IMG/VR virus record: IMGVR_UViG_2541047873_000005
Reading direction: 5' to 3' (one strand)
Source of the DNA: a virus
Taxonomy: Duplodnaviria > Heunggongvirae > Uroviricota > Caudoviricetes
DNA: 47,737 nt
Shown: one piece after another, positions 43,346-47,737 of the stretch
How the letters are laid out: the number at the start of each line of letters is the position of its first letter
How positions within the stretch are numbered: position 1 is the stretch's first letter
The notes under the pieces: generated by a model
Databases searched by the model: none
What the model was told of the DNA's origin: nothing
Seen by the model: the letters and a program-made list of their open reading frames with translations, nothing else
Program-made: the position numbers and the translations under genes

Positions 43346-43533
43346 ATTCAGCATTTGCGCTTGTTCTGACAGTTTTTCTTGTTTCCGGAGAGCCAGTTGA
43401 TATTGCAGTCAGTGTTCACAGGACAATGCAGGAGTGTATGACTGCAGCAACCGAACAGAAAATTCCCGGTAACTGTTACCCGGTCGATAAAGTTATTCAC
43501 CAGTATAATATCGAAATCCCGGCAGGTCTTTAA
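43342..43533 (+). CDS. ydfD: YdfD small membrane lysis protein
   Basis: 63 aa MNSAFALVLTVFLVSGEPVDIAVSVHRTMQECMTAATEQKIPGNCYPVDKVIHQYNIEIPAGL; ATGA overlap with dicB stop. Confidence 0.8.
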   Translation: MNSAFALVLTVFLVSGEPVDIAVSVHRTMQECMTAATEQKIPGNCYPVDKVIHQYNIEIPAGL

Positions 43534-43626
43534 AACAGTTCCGTAATAAATATCCGGTTTCATTCTTATATGCCAGCAATGGCAGGGATTTGTTCATCCT
43601 TAAATCTGTCATGAGGTTAAAACAAA

Positions 43627-46098
43627 ATGAGTAAAGTCTTTATTTGCGCCGCTATTCCTGACGAACTGGCAACAAGGGAAGAAGGCGCTGTGGCTGTAGC
43701 CACAGCCATTGAAGCTGGCGACGAACGCCGTGCTCGAGCAAAATTTCACTGGCAATTCCTGGAACATTATCCGGCTGCTCAGGACTGCGCTTATAAATTT
43801 ATTGTCTGCGAGGATAAACCTGGCATACCCCGCCCTGCCCTCGATTCATGGGATGCTGAATATATGCAGGAAAACCGCTGGGATGAGGAGTCTGCTTCTT
43901 TTGTCCCGGTTGAGACTGAATCCGATCCGATGAACGTCACTTTTGACAAGCTGGCCCCTGAAGTACAGAACGCTGTCATGGTTAAGTTCGACACATGTGA
44001 AAACATCACCGTTGATATGGTTATTAGCGCACAGGAATTGTTGCAGGAAGACATGGCAACATTCGACGGACATATCGTTGAAGCGTTGATGAAAATGCCA
44101 GAAGTTAACGCCATGTATCCGGAGCTTAAGTTGCACGCCATTGGGTGGGTTAAGCATAAATGTATTCCTGGTGCTAAATGGCCCGAAATTCAGGCAGAGA
44201 TGCGCATCTGGAAAAAACGTCGCGAAGGTGAACGCAAGGAAACCGGAAAATACACGTCTGTTGTTGATCTCGCCCGCGCCAGAGCCAATCAACAGTACAC
44301 TGAAAATTCAACAGGAAAAATCAGCCCGGTCATTGCTGCCATTCATCGCGAATACAAGCAGACATGGAAAACACTGGATGACGAACTGGCCTACGCTCTC
44401 TGGCCTGGTGATGTGGATGCCGGAAACATTGACGGCAGCATCCATCGCTGGGCAAAAAATGAAGTTATCGATAACGACCGCGAAGACTGGAAGCGTATCT
44501 CGGCATCAATGCGCAAACAGCCTGATGCCCTTCGCTACGACCGCCAAACTATTTTTGGCCTTGTCCGTGAACGTCCGATCGACATTCACAAAGATCCCGT
44601 AGCACTGAACAAATATATCTGCGAATACCTGACGACAAAGGGCGTGTTTGAGAATGAAGAAACAGACCTGGGCACTGTTGATGTTCTCCAGTCATCAGAA
44701 ACACAAACTGATGCAGTGGAAACTGAGGTATCTGATATCCCAAAAAATGAAACCGCGCCGGAAGCTGAACCATCTGTAGAGCGTGAGGGGCCGTTCTATT
44801 TCCTCTTCGCAGATAAGGACGGAGAAAAATACGGTCGCGCAAACAAACTTTCTGGTCTGGATAAGGCACTGGCTGCTGGCGCCACTGAAATCACAAAAGA
44901 AGAATATTTTGCCCGAAAAAATGGCACATACACGGGCTTACCGCAAAATGTAGATACCGCTGAAGATTCAGAACAACCAGAGCCGATAAAAGTTACCGCT
45001 GACGAAGTAAACAAAATTATGCAGGCAGCCAATATCATCCAGCCTGACGCCGATAAGTTGCTTGCTGCATCACGTGGTGAATTTGTTGAAGGGATTAGTG
45101 ACCCGAATGATCCGAAATGGGTTAAGGGGATCCAGACCCGCGATTCTGTGAACCAGAACCAGCATGAATCGGAACGGAACTACCAAAAAGCGGAACAAAA
45201 CAGCCCAAATGCGTTACAAAACGAGCCAGAAACGAAACAGCCTGAATCAGTGGCGCAACAGGAAGTGGAAAAAGTCTGCACCGCCTGCGGTCAGACCGGC
45301 GGCGGCAACTGCCCTGATTGTGGCGCGGTAATGGGCGACGCAACATACCAGGAAACATTCGATGAAGAGTATCAGGTTGAAGTTCAGGAAGATGATCCGG
45401 AGAAAATGGAAGGCGCTGAACATCCACACAAGGAGAACACTGGCGGCAATCAGCATCACGATAGCGATAATGAAACTGGCGAGACGGCAGATCACTCAAT
45501 TAAGGTGAACGGTCATCACGAAATCACATCCACCAGCAGGACGTGTGACCATCTAATGATCGACCTTGAAACCATGGGAAAAAATCCTGATGCCCCGATC
45601 ATCTCAATAGGTGCAATATTTTTCGATCCGCAAACCGGAGATATGGGACCGGAATTTATTAAGACTATCGATCTGGAAACTGCTGGCGGAGTCATTGATC
45701 GGGACACCATTAAATGGTGGTTTAAGCAATCACGCGAAGCGCAATCTGCCATTATGACCGATGAAATCCCGTTAGATGATGCACTGTTACAATTGCGGGA
45801 ATTTATCGACGAAAACTCCGGTGAATTTTTTGTTCAGGTCTGGGGAAATGGAGCCAACTTCGACAACACGATTTTGCGCCGTTCATACGAACGGCAGGGG
45901 ATCCCCTGCCCGTGGCGTTACTACAACGATCGCGATGTACGCACAATCGTTGAGCTGGGGAAAGCCATAGACTTCGATGCCAGAACGGCTATTCAATTCG
46001 AAGGTGAGCGCCATAATGCACTTGATGACGCCCGTTACCAGGCAAAATACGTTTCAGTTATCTGGCAAAAACTGATCCCGAGTCAGGCTGATTCTTAA
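43627..46098 (+). CDS. ydfE: YdfE-like N-terminal domain fused via zinc-ribbon and acidic linker to a DEDDh 3'-5' exonuclease domain
   Basis: 823 aa; N-terminal ~300 aa match recalled K-12 YdfE; CTACGQTGGGNCPDCG zinc ribbon; C-terminal Exo I (MIDLETMG), Exo II-like (WGNGANFDNTIL) and Exo III (HNALDDARY) motifs. Confidence 0.7.
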   Translation: MSKVFICAAIPDELATREEGAVAVATAIEAGDERRARAKFHWQFLEHYPAAQDCAYKFIVCEDKPGIPRPALDSWDAEYMQENRWDEESASFVPVETESDPMNVTFDKLAPEVQNAVMVKFDTCENITVDMVISAQELLQEDMATFDGHIVEALMKMPEVNAMYPELKLHAIGWVKHKCIPGAKWPEIQAEMRIWKKRREGERKETGKYTSVVDLARARANQQYTENSTGKISPVIAAIHREYKQTWKTLDDELAYALWPGDVDAGNIDGSIHRWAKNEVIDNDREDWKRISASMRKQPDALRYDRQTIFGLVRERPIDIHKDPVALNKYICEYLTTKGVFENEETDLGTVDVLQSSETQTDAVETEVSDIPKNETAPEAEPSVEREGPFYFLFADKDGEKYGRANKLSGLDKALAAGATEITKEEYFARKNGTYTGLPQNVDTAEDSEQPEPIKVTADEVNKIMQAANIIQPDADKLLAASRGEFVEGISDPNDPKWVKGIQTRDSVNQNQHESERNYQKAEQNSPNALQNEPETKQPESVAQQEVEKVCTACGQTGGGNCPDCGAVMGDATYQETFDEEYQVEVQEDDPEKMEGAEHPHKENTGGNQHHDSDNETGETADHSIKVNGHHEITSTSRTCDHLMIDLETMGKNPDAPIISIGAIFFDPQTGDMGPEFIKTIDLETAGGVIDRDTIKWWFKQSREAQSAIMTDEIPLDDALLQLREFIDENSGEFFVQVWGNGANFDNTILRRSYERQGIPCPWRYYNDRDVRTIVELGKAIDFDARTAIQFEGERHNALDDARYQAKYVSVIWQKLIPSQADS

Positions 46099-46170
46099 TG
46101 TTCAACTGTCGCCGGTTGTGACTGGTATTCTGCAACCGGCGCTCGTCTAATATAAGAGATAAAGAAATCG

Positions 46171-46422
46171 ATGAGCGAAGTAATCATGATTGTCTCTCCC
46201 GGCAAATGGGTATCCGAAGAGCAGTTAATTGCGCTGAAAGGAATAAAAAAAGGTACGTTAAAAAAGGCCCGGGAAAAATCGTTTATGGAAGGAAGGGAAT
46301 ATAAGCATGTCGCTCATGACGGTATGCCATGGGATAACAGTCCATGCTTTTACAACCTGGAAGAAATTGATCGCTGGATTGAGCGCCAGGCATCAGCAAG
46401 ACCAAGACGTCATCTTACTTGA
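46171..46422 (+). CDS. xis: Excisionase-like protein
   Basis: 83-aa ORF immediately upstream of the integrase; position-based, weak sequence support. Confidence 0.45.
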   Translation: MSEVIMIVSPGKWVSEEQLIALKGIKKGTLKKAREKSFMEGREYKHVAHDGMPWDNSPCFYNLEEIDRWIERQASARPRRHLT

Positions 46423-46441
46423 CTAAAAGCCACACTAACTA

Positions 46442-47737
46442 ATGAGAGAAGTTGAAATGAAATATCCGACAGGCGTGGAAAACCATGGAGGGAAATTACG
46501 TATCTGGTTTGTTTATAAAGGCGTAAGAGTCAGGGAAAACCTGGGGGTTCCTGACACAGCAAAAAACAGGCGCGTTGCAGGTGAGCTACGCGCCTCTGTT
46601 TGTTACGCAATAAAAACTGGTGTTTTCGACTATGCAAAACAGTTTCCCTCCTCACGCAATCTGGAAAAATTTGGTGAGGCCCGACAAGATTTAACCATAA
46701 AAGAACTGGCTGAAAAATTTCTGGCACTGAAAGAAACTGAAGTCGCAAAAACATCACTCAACACATACCGTGCCGTCATCAAAAATATCCTGAGCATAAT
46801 CGGTGAAAAAAATCTTGCCTCATCGATTAATAAAGAAAAATTACTGGAGGTTCGTAAAGAGCTACTGACTGGATACCAGATCCCCAAAAGTAACTATATT
46901 GTTACACAACCAGGGAGATCGGCTGTAACTGTAAATAATTACATGACAAATCTTAACGCCGTGTTCCAGTTTGGTGTTGATAACGGTTACCTGGTAGATA
47001 ACCCGTTTAAGGGGATCTCGCCATTAAAGGAATCAAGAACCATTCCGGATCCTCTTTCGCGGGAGGAATTCATCCGTCTTATCGATGCGTGCAGAAATCA
47101 GCAAGCCAAAAATTTATGGTGTGTTTCTGTTTATACTGGCGTTCGCCCTGGTGAGCTGTGTGCACTTGGATGGGAGGACATAGATCTGAAAAATGGAACA
47201 ATGATGATCAGGAGAAATTTAGCAAAAGACCGTTTCACGGTACCAAAAACACAGGCGGGAACCAATCGGGTCATTCATCTTATTAAGCCAGCAATCGACG
47301 CTCTCCGGAGTCAGATGACATTAACGAGACTGAGCAAAGAGCATATCATTGATGTTCACCTCAGAGAGTATGGCAGAACAGAAAAACAAAAATGCACCTT
47401 TGTTTTTCAACCTGAAGTGTCAGCGAGAGTAAAAAATTATGGTGACCATTTTACCGTTGACTCAATAAGGCAGATGTGGGACGCAGCGATAAAACGTGCC
47501 GGACTCCGCCATCGAAAATCATATCAGTCGAGACATACTTATGCCTGCTGGTCGCTGACAGCTGGTGCTAACCCGGCATTTATAGCAAACCAGATGGGCC
47601 ATGCAGATGCGCAAATGGTATTTCAGGTATACGGAAAATGGATGTCTGAAAACAATAATGCACAGGTAGCTTTGTTAAATACACAGTTAAGCGAGTTTGC
47701 CCCAACCATGCCCCATAACGAAGCAATGAAAAATTAA
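46442..47737 (+). CDS. int: Tyrosine integrase (phage integrase family)
   Basis: 431 aa; catalytic-domain motifs near C-terminus (SRHTYACWSL, GHADAQMVFQVYGKWM with catalytic Tyr); at prophage right end. Confidence 0.85.
   Translation: MREVEMKYPTGVENHGGKLRIWFVYKGVRVRENLGVPDTAKNRRVAGELRASVCYAIKTGVFDYAKQFPSSRNLEKFGEARQDLTIKELAEKFLALKETEVAKTSLNTYRAVIKNILSIIGEKNLASSINKEKLLEVRKELLTGYQIPKSNYIVTQPGRSAVTVNNYMTNLNAVFQFGVDNGYLVDNPFKGISPLKESRTIPDPLSREEFIRLIDACRNQQAKNLWCVSVYTGVRPGELCALGWEDIDLKNGTMMIRRNLAKDRFTVPKTQAGTNRVIHLIKPAIDALRSQMTLTRLSKEHIIDVHLREYGRTEKQKCTFVFQPEVSARVKNYGDHFTVDSIRQMWDAAIKRAGLRHRKSYQSRHTYACWSLTAGANPAFIANQMGHADAQMVFQVYGKWMSENNNAQVALLNTQLSEFAPTMPHNEAMKN

Overview
Almost the whole window is one lambdoid prophage of Escherichia coli, with a lambda-type tail module and a portal/protease-capsid head module, closely matching the gene content of the K-12 Qin prophage but far more complete. 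Its left junction (about 1285) truncates the 5' end of an MFS transporter gene (ydfJ-like); its tyrosine integrase ends at the right edge (47737), so attR lies outside the window. Gene order left to right: ydfK, Pin-like serine recombinase, tfa, stf, lom, tail genes J-I-K-L-M-H-T/G-V-U-Z, head genes, terminase, accessory and cold-shock genes (ydfO, gnsB, ynfN, cspI), lysis cassette (Rz/Rz1, SAR endolysin, ydfR, pinholin), cspB/cspF, antiterminator Q, ydfU, rem, an unknown 83-aa ORF, hokD, an IS629-disrupted gene, a replication module with ori iterons, the dicC/dicA immunity switch, ydfA-C, DicF sRNA, dicB, ydfD, a large YdfE-like exonuclease protein, xis and int. The best candidate for an undescribed system is the 595-codon plus-strand gene (35821..38921) split by IS629, which carries a C-terminal Rx4H (HEPN-like) motif and sits antisense inside the early operon. 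The 823-aa DEDDh exonuclease fusion and the hok-adjacent 83-aa ORF are secondary candidates. All identifications rest on reading the six-frame translations and recalling known lambda and K-12 proteins; no database search was run. Non-ORF coordinates (terminators, repeats, IS ends) were counted by hand and may be off by a base or two.
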